Assembly (NCBI RefSeq): GCF_006345805.1
Contig: NC_043000.1
Span: 147,994,001 to 148,058,000 of the forward strand
Direction: 5' to 3'
DNA: 64,000 nt
Source: Octopus sinensis
Taxonomy: Eukaryota
The notes under the pieces: model-generated
Told to the model about the DNA's origin: nothing
The model's database searches: none
What the model saw: the letters and a program-made list of their open reading frames with translations, nothing else
Shown here: positions 27,695-39,879 of the stretch, piece after piece
How positions within the stretch are numbered: position 1 is the first letter of the stretch
Layout: the number at the start of each line of letters is the position of its first letter
Translations under genes and position numbers: made by a program

Positions 27695-27786
27695 TTTTCT
27701 GCTGCTTAAAATAAAGCATATTACTCTACCACTGGTATTTGAGTACTCTTTTTTCCACCTTGTTTCACATTTATGTGTTTACTCCG

Positions 27787-27789
<3 letters not shown>

Positions 27790-27834
<45 letters not shown>

Positions 27835-27850
27835 ACATATATATATATAC

Positions 27851-27882
<32 letters not shown>

Positions 27883-27883
27883 T

Positions 27884-27965
<82 letters not shown>
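27790..27965. repeat. (TA)n then (GA)n microsatellite
   Basis: Read directly from the sequence. Confidence 0.95.
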
Positions 27966-27969
<4 letters not shown>

Positions 27970-27989
27970 TTTTTTCCATACTCATCCTG

Positions 27990-28335
27990 TGATGCATCTG
28001 GACACTTCATCACAATGTTCCTTGGGGTCATTAGGTATTTTAGATTTTTCAACATCAGACGTTCTCCCCCAGATGACCCAGTAAGAGTTGATCAAACCCT
28101 AGCTTGTACCCAGTCAGCACTATCCCTCATAGCACTGCCACTTCCAGAGCTTGCACCTCCTAACTTACAGCCACATTGAGGCAACCTCTGTGGTCTCCAT
28201 AGCCAGCCTAATGGTTTTCCACCTACTGGACTCTGTGATGCTTAGCATGTAACTTCTGCAGAAGGACGGGCCCACAAACCCTCTACATCCTTCCTCTATG
28301 GGATCACACCTTGCCTGCCAACCATTGCTTTGGCA
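27990..28335 (-). mobile_element. HERO/NeSL-like non-LTR retrotransposon 3' fragment (restriction-like endonuclease C-terminus plus 3' UTR)
   Basis: KKYAELVELCQSNGWQARCDPIEEGCRGFVGPSFCRSY...ASMWL matches the K..KY.EL...C...GW.A...P.EVGCRGF pattern. Confidence 0.75.
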
Positions 28336-29486
28336 GAGTTCTACCAGCTCAGCATATTTCTTCTCTTGCATTCATTTGTCTTGTCAATGCAGTCCCTAAT
28401 GCAAAGACTCTTTATTGATATATGTGACGGTTGTGATATTGAAAATAGCAACTTGATTGTCATTTCTCCACTGAGATATTTGTTTCAAATAAATTACTAT
28501 AAACTTCCACAAACTAATAGACTAGCAAAAGAACAGCAGAGAAAAATATGTAACGAAATACGTTGTTAATCATATATTCACACCCCAAGAAAGGGAAACT
28601 AACTTCAAATTCGTGTTATATATCTTGTAGAAAGTTCTGTGATCTATTGTTAAACTGTTCCTTTACATCGGCAATAATCTTGGTAAAGACATGAAAACAT
28701 TAAACTCTTATGAAAAGGTCGTTAAAGAAATTAGTGTATTTCTACCATTGTATCATACAAACAAGAAAAGTAATTATCTAAAAACTAGAAAGAGTTATTT
28801 CCCTTGGAAATTTATTGCCATGAATAGAATGGTAATATGTAAAGTTGTAGGGTACATAGTTTTTCCAAACATAAATCATTGAAGACGCGCCAACAAGTAA
28901 ACCTCTATGTGGTCGTTCGAGTTGGTAGAAATAGCAGCAAAATTTCTTCAACTCATATCCGACTCCTAAATGTGCTGAGTTACTTGTTTGCTTAATTAGA
29001 ACTGACCTGAATCTAAAAAAAAAACTTGACCCTTCTTTTTTCTCTCTGGCTAATAGGTTTATATATCGTTACCAATTGATTTCTAAGTCACTTATTTTCT
29101 TTCTTTTTTTTTTAAGTACGGAAACTGTACATGTATGGGTTAGAGTTTGAAGCTTATAGGTGACTGCCTGAGTGAGCGATTCTATGCCAATCGAATGGGT
29201 ATCTTGTTGGCCTTTTTTTAAAAAAAAATTCAGTCCTGAATGTAGGTATGTGTAGCAGTAACAATGTCTCAGATGTGGTAGCAGTAGTCTATTGTACATC
29301 TCATTTGATCTTTGTAGAGATTCGGCAAATATTGGAGGTGAGACTGCAGTATTTCTTTATCTTATGTATCTGAGGATTTTTAATGATCAGAGTTAAACAT
29401 ATATCTACACATGTATGTACAAATCTGTGTAAGTCTTTTTTCTTGTGTGTGATGTAGAATACCGATTATTCATGCATGCAAATCTT

Positions 29487-29716
29487 ATTTCTTTACTGCC
29501 CACAAGGGGCTAAACACAGAGGGGACAAACAAGGACAGACAAACGAATTAAGACGATTATATCGACCCCAGTGTGTAACTGGTACTTAATTTATCGACCC
29601 CGAAAGGATGAAAGGCAAAGTCGACCTCGGCGGAATTTGAACTCAGAATGTAACAGCAGACGAAATACCGCTAAGCATTTCGCCCGGCATGCTAACGTTT
29701 CTGCCAGCTCGCCGCC
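29487..29716 (-). mobile_element. SINE family B copy
   Basis: Reverse-complement family B sequence. Confidence 0.9.
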
Positions 29717-29886
29717 ATGCATGCAAATCTGCCCTCTCTACATCACCAATGTTGTTCATAGGAAAACCTCCACCTCCACATTTTAGGGCTAATACATCTT
29801 AGCACCTATATCATCACAAGTATTGCTGTTAAAATGCAATGGACTGGAACAGATGCCATAAGGCATTCTGCTCAATCTTCTAACAG

Positions 29887-30789
29887 AGAGATAATATTTA
29901 TCCCCACTTAAACATGGGTGTTCTATTAGAACAAACTATACTGCAGTAGATATCCTAAGAGAAACTCTCTTATTGGCTTTTGATGCAAAATGCACTCTTA
30001 TTTGTACCACTAGTGGAGAAATAAATCCTCGTTACCTCCAGCGCCGAGACCATCAGATCACGTGATTTTGATCATCCTCAGCCTTGTCAATGATGGATGC
30101 TTGACCGCTAGAGATAGCAACAATTCATCTCCTCACCAGCAATATACAGAATAACAGTGCCAGAAGAGGTGTTGGTGTTGTGATTAGCCAGTTAGCTTCA
30201 TAAAAAAATATTTACTGGCACTGCTATTCTATATATTACTAGTGGGGCGATGAATCACTACTATCTCTCACGATTGAATGTCCATTGACAAGACTGTGTG
30301 CTGATGGTCTCAGTGCTGGAGGTGGTGAGGATTTATCTTCTCGCTAGCATTTTGCACCAAAAGCCAATATGAGAGTTTTTCTCGTGATATCTACTGCAGT
30401 ATAGCTTGTTCTAATAGAACATCTGTGAGGGCGCGTGACTTAGTGGTTAGGCATTCGGCTCATGATCGTAAGGTTGTGAGTTCGATTCCCGGCGACGCGT
30501 TGTGTCCTTGAGCAAGACACTTTATTTCACGTTGCTCCAGTCCACTCAGCTGGCAAAAATGAGTTGTACTTGTATTTCAAAGGGTCAGCCTTGTCACTCT
30601 CTGTGTCATGCTGATTATCCCCGAGAACTACGTTAAGGGTACACGTGTCTGTGGAATGCTCAGCCATTTGCACGTTAATTTCACGAGCAAGCTGTTCCGT
30701 TGATTGTATCAGCTGGGACCCTCGTCGTCGTAACCGGCAGAGTCTTTAAATAGAACATCCACATTTAAATGGGGATAAATATTACCTCT
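29887..30789. mobile_element. Foldback/palindromic element with about 275-bp imperfect inverted arms and a 51-nt loop; right arm interrupted by a SINE
   Basis: Left arm 29887-30163 is matched in reverse complement by 30215-30423 plus 30760-30789. Confidence 0.8.
30424..30748 (+). mobile_element. tRNA-derived SINE family C with 11-bp target-site duplication
   Basis: A-box GTGACTTAGTGG, B-box GAGTTCGATTCC; AATAGAACATC at 30413-30423 and 30749-30759. Confidence 0.9.
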
Positions 30790-31259
30790 TGGTACTAATA
30801 CTGCCTCTATTACTAATAAATAATCTTTTCACAGTTTCTGTCAATCCATTACCTTGGAGTGGAACTTTTTTTAGTGATTCTGAAAATATAAAAGGCAAAG
30901 TCCTCAACAAAATTTGAATTCAGAGTGCAGAGAGTCAAAGAAGAAGATGCTATCTAACATTCAACCAGGATTTTAACTGTGGTCATTCCATCCTTGTTGT
31001 GGGATATACTCTCCATACAGTAAAAATTTAAAACATTAGTCCTAAATTTTAAAATGGCTTGTTGAAAGAAATTTAATATCCACATTAAATAAGATGAGCA
31101 ACGTCACAATTCTTTGGTGGTTGTGATCTGACCGTTTTTATTTATTTGTTTGAATGGTCACAATTTTCACAACTTTACAACAATAAGAAGGTTGACTTAT
31201 TCATTTTTATCTGAAGTTTATTTTATTAATTAACCATAGAAAGTGGAATAGTAATCATG

Positions 31260-31800
31260 ACATTTGTGAAGTTCAGCTTGAATTTCTATAGATTGATAAC
31301 TGTAAGAAAAATATGGGTGAACATGGAATTCAAAAGAGTTGCAGATCTAGAGAGAAATTTGGGGTAAAATATTTAGTGAAGAATCTGAAAGTGGAGGCAC
31401 TGTAAGGTTGGCAAGAGAAAAGAGACCAGGATGTGTTGAATGAGCCAGTGTGGAGACGGTGTTCAACTCACTAGGAACAAGATTGCTCATAGTAGTGACA
31501 GACAAGAACATGATTAAGAAAACATAGTACCTGTGAATTTGTGATGTGCAAATTGATGAGTGAACTTGACAAAAAAGGGAATGGCTTCTTTTGGAATATC
31601 ATCAAGGTTCAATGTGCATGAAGCAGCACAGTCTGTCTCAGATACATGAGCAGTCCCCCAATGTGAGTCATGTCAGAGGTTTGTGGAATTCAGTAATCGA
31701 TTAAGGTTGAATTGTTTTCTGGCCCTGAAGAGGAAACCTAGTCTTTGGAATGCAGTTTTGACTATGTTATGTATATGAGTTGCCAATGAGAAACCATCAG
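31260..31800 (-). mobile_element. Degraded CR1-type RT C-terminal region
   Basis: Minus-strand KTAFQRLGFLFRARKQF...HWGTA...LDDIPKEAI, with stops and frameshifts. Confidence 0.6.
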
Positions 31801-31987
31801 AAATTGTGAATTATAGAATTTGTAGCAACTATGAGTGACTTAATTATGCAGTGTTTAAGTCTAGACAGAGTATAGAAAAGTTTTTTTTTTTCTTTCAAAT
31901 GTATAGTATTGCATCAGTGCTATTGAATAGACAGGTTGGTCACAGCCACTATTATTATTATCATCATTATTATTATTATTATTATTC

Positions 31988-32570
31988 AGTAGTTTTATTT
32001 TTATAGCGTGCTTTCACTTCATTACCGAGCGCAGCTCTGTGTGCCTTGGGTATGTGCTGTGATTTGTTGTGATGCTCTGATGGTTATTGTATGGAAAGTG
32101 TTCTGCGTAGGATGTGTGCAGTGCCTAGTAGTGCAATTTTCTGTATGTTATATGTGTTTGTAAGTCCTGGTGTTTTTGTTATGTATTTGTCTGAATATTT
32201 TTTTATCATGCCTAATGCACCTACTATGATAGGAATTGTTTCTGTTTTCAGATTCCACATTCTAGTTACCTCTATTTCCAGGTCTTTGTATTTTGAGAGT
32301 TTCTCCATTTCTTTTAGAGACACGTTGTCATCAGCTGGTATTGATACATCAATTAGAAAGCATTTTTTTTCTTCATGATCTCTGACAACTATATCTGGTC
32401 TGTTGGCCTTAATTTCTCTATCTGTGTGTATCGGCATATCCCAGAGTATGGTTGCTTTCTCGTTTTCTGTGACCTTTTCTGGTGTGTGCCTATACCATCT
32501 TTTTTCTGTTGTTATTCCATAATGTTGGCATAGCTTCCAATGTATGTAGGTGCCAACTCTGTCATGTCGG
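31988..32570 (-). mobile_element. R4/Dong-clade non-LTR retrotransposon, 5'-truncated; restriction-like endonuclease domain open to the stop at 32084
   Basis: RHDRVG.YIHW.LC...ILWD.PI.TD..I.ANRPDIV....KKC.LIDVSIP.D.N...KE.EK.SKY.DL..E..RMW....IPI.VGALG...QK.ALLGTAHILR; (TAA)n on both sides in element orientation. Confidence 0.9.
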
Positions 32571-32591
32571 TTATTATTATTATTATTATTA

Positions 32592-32750
32592 TGTGTGCCT
32601 TGGGTATGTGTTGTAGTTTGTTTTGATGCTCTCATTTTTACTGTATTGAAAGTGTTTTACACAGGATGTGTGTGGGGCCTAGTAGTGCTATTCTTTGTAT
32701 GTTATATATACTTGTTAGTCCTGGTGTTTTTGTTATTTATGTATGTATGT
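32592..32750 (-). mobile_element. Older, shorter R4/Dong 3' fragment
   Basis: Diverged match to 32040-32200 (TGTGCCTTGGGTATGTG...CCTAGTAGTGC...AGTCCTGGTGTTTTTGTT). Confidence 0.8.
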
Positions 32751-32754
32751 ATTA

Positions 32755-33240
32755 TTATAATAATAATGAAATTATTGTACACAGTGCTCAGGTGCACCAC
32801 AACTTGTCAGAGTATATGCAGTAATGTACAAATGTCTGGAAAGCGAACAATGCATAAGTCAGATACGTGCTTGTGTGTGTATGGAGGGGAGAAAATCAGG
32901 TGTAGTGTTGGCGAATCTCAGAAAGCATGGAAGTTTTGAAGGATGCAGTGCTCTGACAACTAACAACTGATGCCGGCAGTTTGTTCCATGCTTCATCAAC
33001 TCTCAGTGTGAAAAATGTTTCCTGAAGTCATGGGAGCTGAGCTGTTTTCTGACTTTGTAAATATGTCCATGGGTGTTAGATGGGTGGAGTTTGAAAAGGT
33101 GCTCAGAGTTATTGTTTGTACGATGGTTGATAATTTTATGGGTGTCTGCCAAGTCAGCTGCCAGACGTCGGAGGTTAGTTCAAATATACTTGTGACATAT
33201 AGGGTGTGATGGGTAAATTGTCACCATTTTATATTCATAA
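32755..33240 (-). mobile_element. CR1-type LINE 3' fragment
   Basis: 3' UTR shared with 25955-26250; minus strand encodes FSHLRVDEAWNKLPASVVSCQSTASFKT. Confidence 0.8.
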
Positions 33241-33289
33241 CTTCACACATGCACATTGTCTGTTTTTGATTTTGTCAACTACACAGTAT

Positions 33290-34072
33290 AATAGGGTCAG
33301 TTGGGCACCGTCTGTGAGAAAAACAGCACCATGACACAATTCACTCGACCAGAAATTTGGAAACAACATGCTGTACTGCTTGGCATTCATGCCGGAAGCT
33401 CTGATATGAACATTTCAATGTTTGGGTGGCAATCTGAGGACATGTACCAAGAGTGATAAAAATCAAACATCCAGTCGACATCATGGTGTTTGGAGTGATC
33501 ACTAGTGATAGTAACATTATGTCTCCATTCATCTTCCTACACAGCCTCAGACTCAACACAAAGGCCGACATCAAGTTCCTGGTGGAGATAGTGCTGCTCT
33601 GAGTCAAGAGGGTGGCTGCTGGAAGAACTTATATCTGGCAACAAGACTCTGCACCATGCCACACAAGCTGGAGAACCCAGTCATGGCTCTCAGACAATTT
33701 CTGCAACCACATCACCCTTAACATCTGGCCACCTAACTCCCTAGACAGAAACCCCTTTGATTATTATGTGTGGGGCACAGTTGAGCAAGAGACCAACAAA
33801 ACTCACTGTAGCGCCAAAATGAACTGAAGGCAAAGATTACGGCAGTATTCACCAACTTAAACAAGGAGACCGCTCAAAAGAGTTGCAGGAGATTCCTAAG
33901 TCGTCTGGAGACAGTGGTTGAAGTCAATAGCGATTTTATTGAATAAATTTACTCTTTAGTATTTCAAGATATTTTTATGTAATTTTGGTAAATATATCTG
34001 TTAAAATAGGATGTCAGCGTTACTTTCATTTTTGCATAATTTAGAAGACAGTTTATTCACTGAACTCTACAT
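33290..34072 (+). mobile_element. Tc1/mariner-superfamily DD37D (maT-type) transposase remnant
   Basis: MVFGVITSD...WQQDSAPCH...WPPNSLDRNPFDYYVWG; 37 residues between Asp at 33645 and Asp at 33759; in-frame stop present; left TIR not identified. Confidence 0.85.
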
Positions 34073-34384
34073 TTTAACTTCTAGAGGCAAGTTAAAATAG
34101 GTCAGAAACATATTTGAACAAACCTAAAGTTCATTTATTTCTCACTACTACTACTACTACTACTACTACCATCATCATCATCATAATAATTAAGGCAGTG
34201 AGTTAGAATTGTTAGCACACTGGGCAAAATGCTTAGCAACATTTCATCTGTCCTTATGTTCCGGGTTCAAATTCCACCGAGGTCGACTTTGCCCTTCATC
34301 CTTTCGGGGCTGATGAAGTAAGTAAGTACTAGTTACGCACTGGGTCGATGTAATCAACTAGCCCCTCCCCCAAAATTTCAGGCC

Positions 34385-34422
<38 letters not shown>

Positions 34423-34424
34423 GG

Positions 34425-34712
34425 CCGATGCCAGCGCCGCCTTGGTTGGCTTCCGTGCCGGTGGCACGTTAAAAGCACCACCCGATTGTGGCCGATGCCA
34501 GACCCCCCTGGCACCTGTGCAGGTGGCACATAAAAGGCACCCACTACACTCGCGGAGTGGTTGGCGTTATGAAGGGCATCCAGCTGTAGAAACACTGCCA
34601 GATCAGACTGGAGCCTGGTGCAGCCCCTGGCTTCCCAGACCCCGGTCGAACCATCCAACCCGTGCTAGCGCGGAAAACGGACGTTAAACGATGATGATGA
34701 TGATGATGATGA
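34425..34712 (+). mobile_element. SINE family D copy (2 VNTR units)
   Basis: GTGCCGGTGGCACGTTAAAAGCACC units, shared 3' tail, (GAT)n. Confidence 0.85.
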
Positions 34713-34718
34713 TTATTA

Positions 34719-34750
<32 letters not shown>

Positions 34751-35217
34751 TTATTATTATTATTATAATATTTATTTATTATTTATGAGATTGCTATTCA
34801 TGGAAGTATTGCATGCTTAATGAGGTGTTTTTGTTATATGTGTGATGCCTGTGTGCAGAAGTTTAAGTGAAGGATGTCCCTATCTGCATACAAGTATGTT
34901 CAGTTTTAAGCAATAGCTAACTAGCCATTAATCTAGAGAAGGAAAGTGCGAAAGACAATTGAACCTTGGGATACACTCAAGTTGATAGAGTATGAATGAG
35001 AGAAACCTTGGTTGGCACATGGGATAAAAAAAAATGGATGAAATTCTAATGCAGGTTCCTTAGCTTGAAGATTCTCATGCCAGACATAGATGAAAGATTT
35101 GCTGATTTCAAGGAAAACAACATGGCTTTTACCAAAGTACTCACCAAGGAAAGACCACATACTTATAGAAGAGCAAGTTTATGATAGAAATGGCTGATTG
35201 AAAACCATACTGGTCAT

Positions 35218-35490
35218 CATCATCATCATCGTTTAATGTCCATTTTCCATGCTAGCACAGGCTGGACGGTTTGACCGGGGTCTGGGAAGCCAGGAGACTG
35301 CACCAGGCTCCAGTATGATCTGGCAGTGTTTCTACAGCTGGATGCTCTTCCTAATGCCAACCACTCCGTGAGTATAGTGGGTGCTTTTTACGTGCCACCG
35401 GCACAAGTGCCAGAGGAGGCTGGCAGTGGCCATGATCGGTTGGTGCTTTTTATGTGCCACTGGCACAGAAGCCAGTCAAGGTGGCGCTGG
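35218..35490 (-). mobile_element. SINE family D copy (2 VNTR units)
   Basis: Reverse complement of the family D tail and units. Confidence 0.8.
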
Positions 35491-35666
35491 CTCAAATCAA
35501 TGTTGCTGTTTATGACTATTCCTGTCAAATTTGAGAGGTAAAAATGAAGGGCAAATATTTCTTATGTAGATCGTATAATGAACTGAGATTTGTAGCTGAT
35601 CAAGACAATTTAATGATTAAATGGAAAAAAAATTATATTGTTTTGTGCTGTACATGATACATTATA

Positions 35667-36076
35667 GGCGCAGGAGTGGCTGTGTGGTAAGTAGCTTGCT
35701 AACCAACCACATGGTTCTGGGGTTCAGTCCCACTGCGTGGCATCTTGGGCAAGTGTCTTCTGCTATAGCCCCGGGCCGACCAATGCCTTGTGAGTGGATT
35801 TGGTAGACGGAAACTGAAAGAAGCCTGTCGTATATATGTATATATATATATAAGTGTGTGTGTATATGTTTGTGTGTCTGTGTTTGTCCCCCTAGCATTG
35901 CTTGACAACCGATGCTGGCATGTTTACGTCCCCGTCACTTAGCGGTTCGGCAAAAGAGACCGATAGAATAAGTACTGGGCTTACAAAGAATAAGTCCCGG
36001 AGTCGATTTGCTCGACTAAAGGCGGTGCTCCAGCATGGCCGCAGTCAAATGACTGAAACAAGTAAAAGAGTAAGAG
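35667..36076 (+). mobile_element. SINE family A, full length
   Basis: Near-identical to the 14124 copy. Confidence 0.92.
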
Positions 36077-36706
36077 TATTATGAGAAATTTATAATATTA
36101 GTCTTGTTAGGATAAAATTAAGTGTTCTAGTAGATGACCTCCATTATGATTTGCAGTATTGATATATTGATCTATTTACAAAGAAAGAATGCCTGAGATT
36201 TATAGGTGAGGGTATAATTGATTGAATCCCTTTCAACATATACCTGGTGTTTATTTTATTAATCATGGATGATGAAAGGCAAAATCAATTTTGGTTAAAT
36301 TTCAATCCAAAATACTGAAGTACAAAATACTATAATGTAAATAGGATTACTACTAATTATTTGATGTAGTTGGTTAGAATAACAGAATGCACCTCTACTA
36401 TTTATTACATTTACATGAGATAATTAATTAATGATTAATAACAATAACACTTTACAAAGCAAATCTATTGACATATTATTAACATCACACATCTTTGTGA
36501 CAACTTCATATCTTAAATTATAACAATGAAATTATTGTATACAGTGCTCAGGTGCACCACAACTTGTCAAAAGTGTGTATAAAGCATATGCAGTATAAAT
36601 GTACTAATGTCTGGGAAGTGAACAGTAAATGAGTCTTTGAAGGACCATAACAAAAACAAAGAAATACTTGTTTATTTAATGTTGTTTAGTGTGTGTGTGT
36701 GTTTAA

Positions 36707-36925
36707 CCCTTTAGTATTTAAACCGGCCATATCCGGCCAAAATATTTAATCTGTTTTATGTTCAAACTGACCAGATCCAGGCCCTCACACCTACCCTACA
36801 ATGTTATTCTACATTAAGTAATTACACCATCAAGATCTTGAAGATATGAGATAATGCATGATTAATTCAAATCAATGGGAATCAATAAGCATTATGTTTG
36901 ATAGAATAATCTGAACACTAAAGGG
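36707..36925. mobile_element. piggyBac-type MITE, 219 bp, TTAA target duplication
   Basis: TTAA(36703-36706)-CCCTTTAGT...ACTAAAGGG-TTAA(36926-36929); decayed relatives at about 54035-54200 (-) and 58743-58932 (+). Confidence 0.85.
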
Positions 36926-37153
36926 TTAAACTTACACAAACAGTTTGAGAACTTTAAGTCAGAAGTGTTACTTTCAAAGCACAGACTGAACGAATGTGGT
37001 AAGATAAGCCAACCAAGAGTTTGGTAGTTCATATACTCTAACTTAAATAATGTTGTGTCCTTGGCCAAAACTTAACCCACAAATAGACCAATCCATTTAA
37101 CTATAAATAAGTAGTGGTTTTGGTTATTGCTTTGTTGACTCTGGCTGAGTATA

Positions 37154-37378
37154 CCTATTTCTTTACTACCCACAAGGGGCTAAACACAGAGAGGACAAAC
37201 GGATTAAGTCGATTATATCGACCCCAGTGCGTAACTGGTACTTATTTAATCGACCCCGAAAGAATGAAAGACAAAGTCGACCTCGGCGGAATTTGAACCT
37301 AGAACATAGCGGCAGCCGAAATACTGCTAAGCATTTCGCCCAGCGTGCTAACGTTTCTGCCAGCTCGCCCACCTTGAA
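37154..37378 (-). mobile_element. SINE family B copy with target-site duplication
   Basis: CTGGCTGAGTATAC on both sides (about 37141 and about 37384). Confidence 0.88.
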
Positions 37379-37945
37379 TATACTGGCTGAGTATACTGAT
37401 GAGCAAAAGCATTTTAGCTATGATCATCTCTTCTTTTTGTATTTTTACGACTACATTAACCAATGCATTCTTTCCCTTTTTTTTAAGATGGAAGGAGAGT
37501 TCTTTCAGGGAGATTTGACTGTTATATCTGGGAGGTTGGGTGATCTTATATAGGCTTCTCAACTGACTTGAAATAGATACTATAAAATTGATGAGTATTT
37601 TATTAAAATGTAGGGATCAATTCAAATCCTTCTGAAATCACTGCTTAGAGTGGGAAGGATTCTACTCTATTTGGCAGAAACATTAAATGATGATAGCATC
37701 ATTTGAAGTACTGCTGTAATTCAATTGTGAGATTTACCAAAACATGTATTAGTTTTGTCATCAAATTTCAAAGTTCAACCAAATTTAGAGAATTAACAAT
37801 GTCTGTATATAAAGTTAATCTTTCAATGTTCCATAAGACCAGTTTTTAGCTCCAGTTTCAGTGGATAATAGAAAATACATAAGTTTATTTTTCGTTTTTG
37901 GATTTGTTTTGCAAGATTCTTTATATGAGTTCGTGTGTTGAAGCA

Positions 37946-38120
37946 TATTCTGTTGTGTCTGGGGAGAGTCATTTTCTTTTTGTGCCTTATTGAAAAGGTT
38001 GCAAGACGCAACGAACATTTTAGGAAAATAAAAATAAGAAATAAGTGGAAATTTTACCGGTGAATGTGTTACATTATAAGGTACAAAAAGAAAATGACCC
38101 TCCCCAGAAACAACAGAATA
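37946..38120. mobile_element. Small MITE with 45-bp inverted arms (3 mismatches); the outer TA may be the target duplication
   Basis: 37946-37990 is the reverse complement of 38076-38120. Confidence 0.75.
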
Positions 38121-39879
38121 AGTTTATTTGTTTTCTTTAAAACATCCTACTCAGAGATGTGATGATACACCTGTAGATGATATGAAACTGTGACTGTTTA
38201 GTTTTTAGTGCAATCATTACCCATCTGGCCATTTCCTTCCTGCTTATATCTTTAAAGATTTAATCACAGAGGAAAGGGCAGGGGCCATAATCTTTTTGCA
38301 AGACTTCTGTAGCTAGTGGAAGGAAGGGAAGATATTATCCTTAGATGAAACTCCACTAAAGGCATTCAATATCCAGGTGGTGGTGGTGGTGGTGGGGATA
38401 AACCTAGTGATGGATTAGGCCTACCATGTAAGAATAGAAACAATCCTTTCGACAGACTTCCACACAGTTTTTCATCCAATGAATTTCACTCACACAGCTT
38501 TGAGTGGCTCAAAGTTATGGTAGAAAGGTACAAGGTATCATGTAACAGAAATGCAATTAGTTGTGAAGTGAATTTTTAGGCCATACAGCCATGTTATACT
38601 TGCAAATTTATTTTAATTTCCTTTGCAGAGGAATGTTAATCTGGCTAACAACCATTTACAGGCTGTGATCCTTATGACTTTGTCACTTAAGAAATTTAAA
38701 ATTCATTTTTCAAATGTATTTACAAAATCAGTTCTTTAATCATTATAACCCCCACCTCTACCCTAATTATAGTCTCATACTTTGAGAGAAAACCTGAAAT
38801 TTAAAGAAAACTAGTTTTGAGGACTATGTTTTTTTGTAAAGTTATTTGAGACATAATACGTGTAAGGTAATTCCAATTAGTATTGCAGACCATTTACCCT
38901 AAGGCACCCACTTTAATCATTTCTAAGCAAAAGGTTGATAAGAACTTTATCTAACAGTTTTTGTTGGATAAGGTTCTTATCAAGGGAATTATCATGAAGA
39001 TAATGAAATGATTTTGTTATTTTATTTAATGTCTGCTCTAAGGGATGGTAATGTCCATGGTACGTAAATACCTTTAGACTAATGAGAGCAAAGCAGCAGA
39101 TGCTTAAATTTGTATGGAAGGATACAATCAATTAAATCATTTCCACTACATAATTGGTCCTTAATTTTATTGAACCTAGAGACAAAAAGGTAAAGCTTAC
39201 TGTAGTGAGATTTGAACTCAGAACATAGAAAGATGTAGCAAAATTCCACAATGGAAAGCGAGTGAGGTGGAACAGATATCAAGCTTGTAAAGACTCTAAA
39301 AGGTAAACAGAAACAATGTCATTTCTCACCTAAATGTGATATACTTACAGGGAATGGCTATGTTAATGCATTGATGTGATTTTAAGAGTGTCTCGAGTAA
39401 AGGAAGTAGGCTAGATTGGTAGATAATTAGTGTAGTATAAAATTAGTTACAAAGAAGGAAAGAAATTGGATTGAGATTTTAACTGTGCTAAAATTACCAT
39501 TGTTAGATGGCTAGAATGAATTTTAGTGTATATTTATCAAAAGTATATATGGATTATTGATCTGTTTCATTAAGAAACATATCCAGACGAAAATGCTACA
39601 AAAGCAAAAAACAGGATTACAAATTAGTCATTGAAATGCATAAAAGAAACAGGATAAAGTATTAAGATTGTACCTATTGTTTTTGGGTGCTTAGAAGGGA
39701 CATTGACTGAAGTTGAGTGAAGTAGTTAAAAACAGGGGAGTGGTTGATGAAGAGCATATGCAGATGTAGATGACTGCTTTGAATAAGGGAAACAGACACT
39801 ATTTAGGATTATGCAAACAGAATGAGCTTCCTTGTTCTTAGGAGTTAACATGTTGTTGATAGCCTGCATCTTCTAGAAC

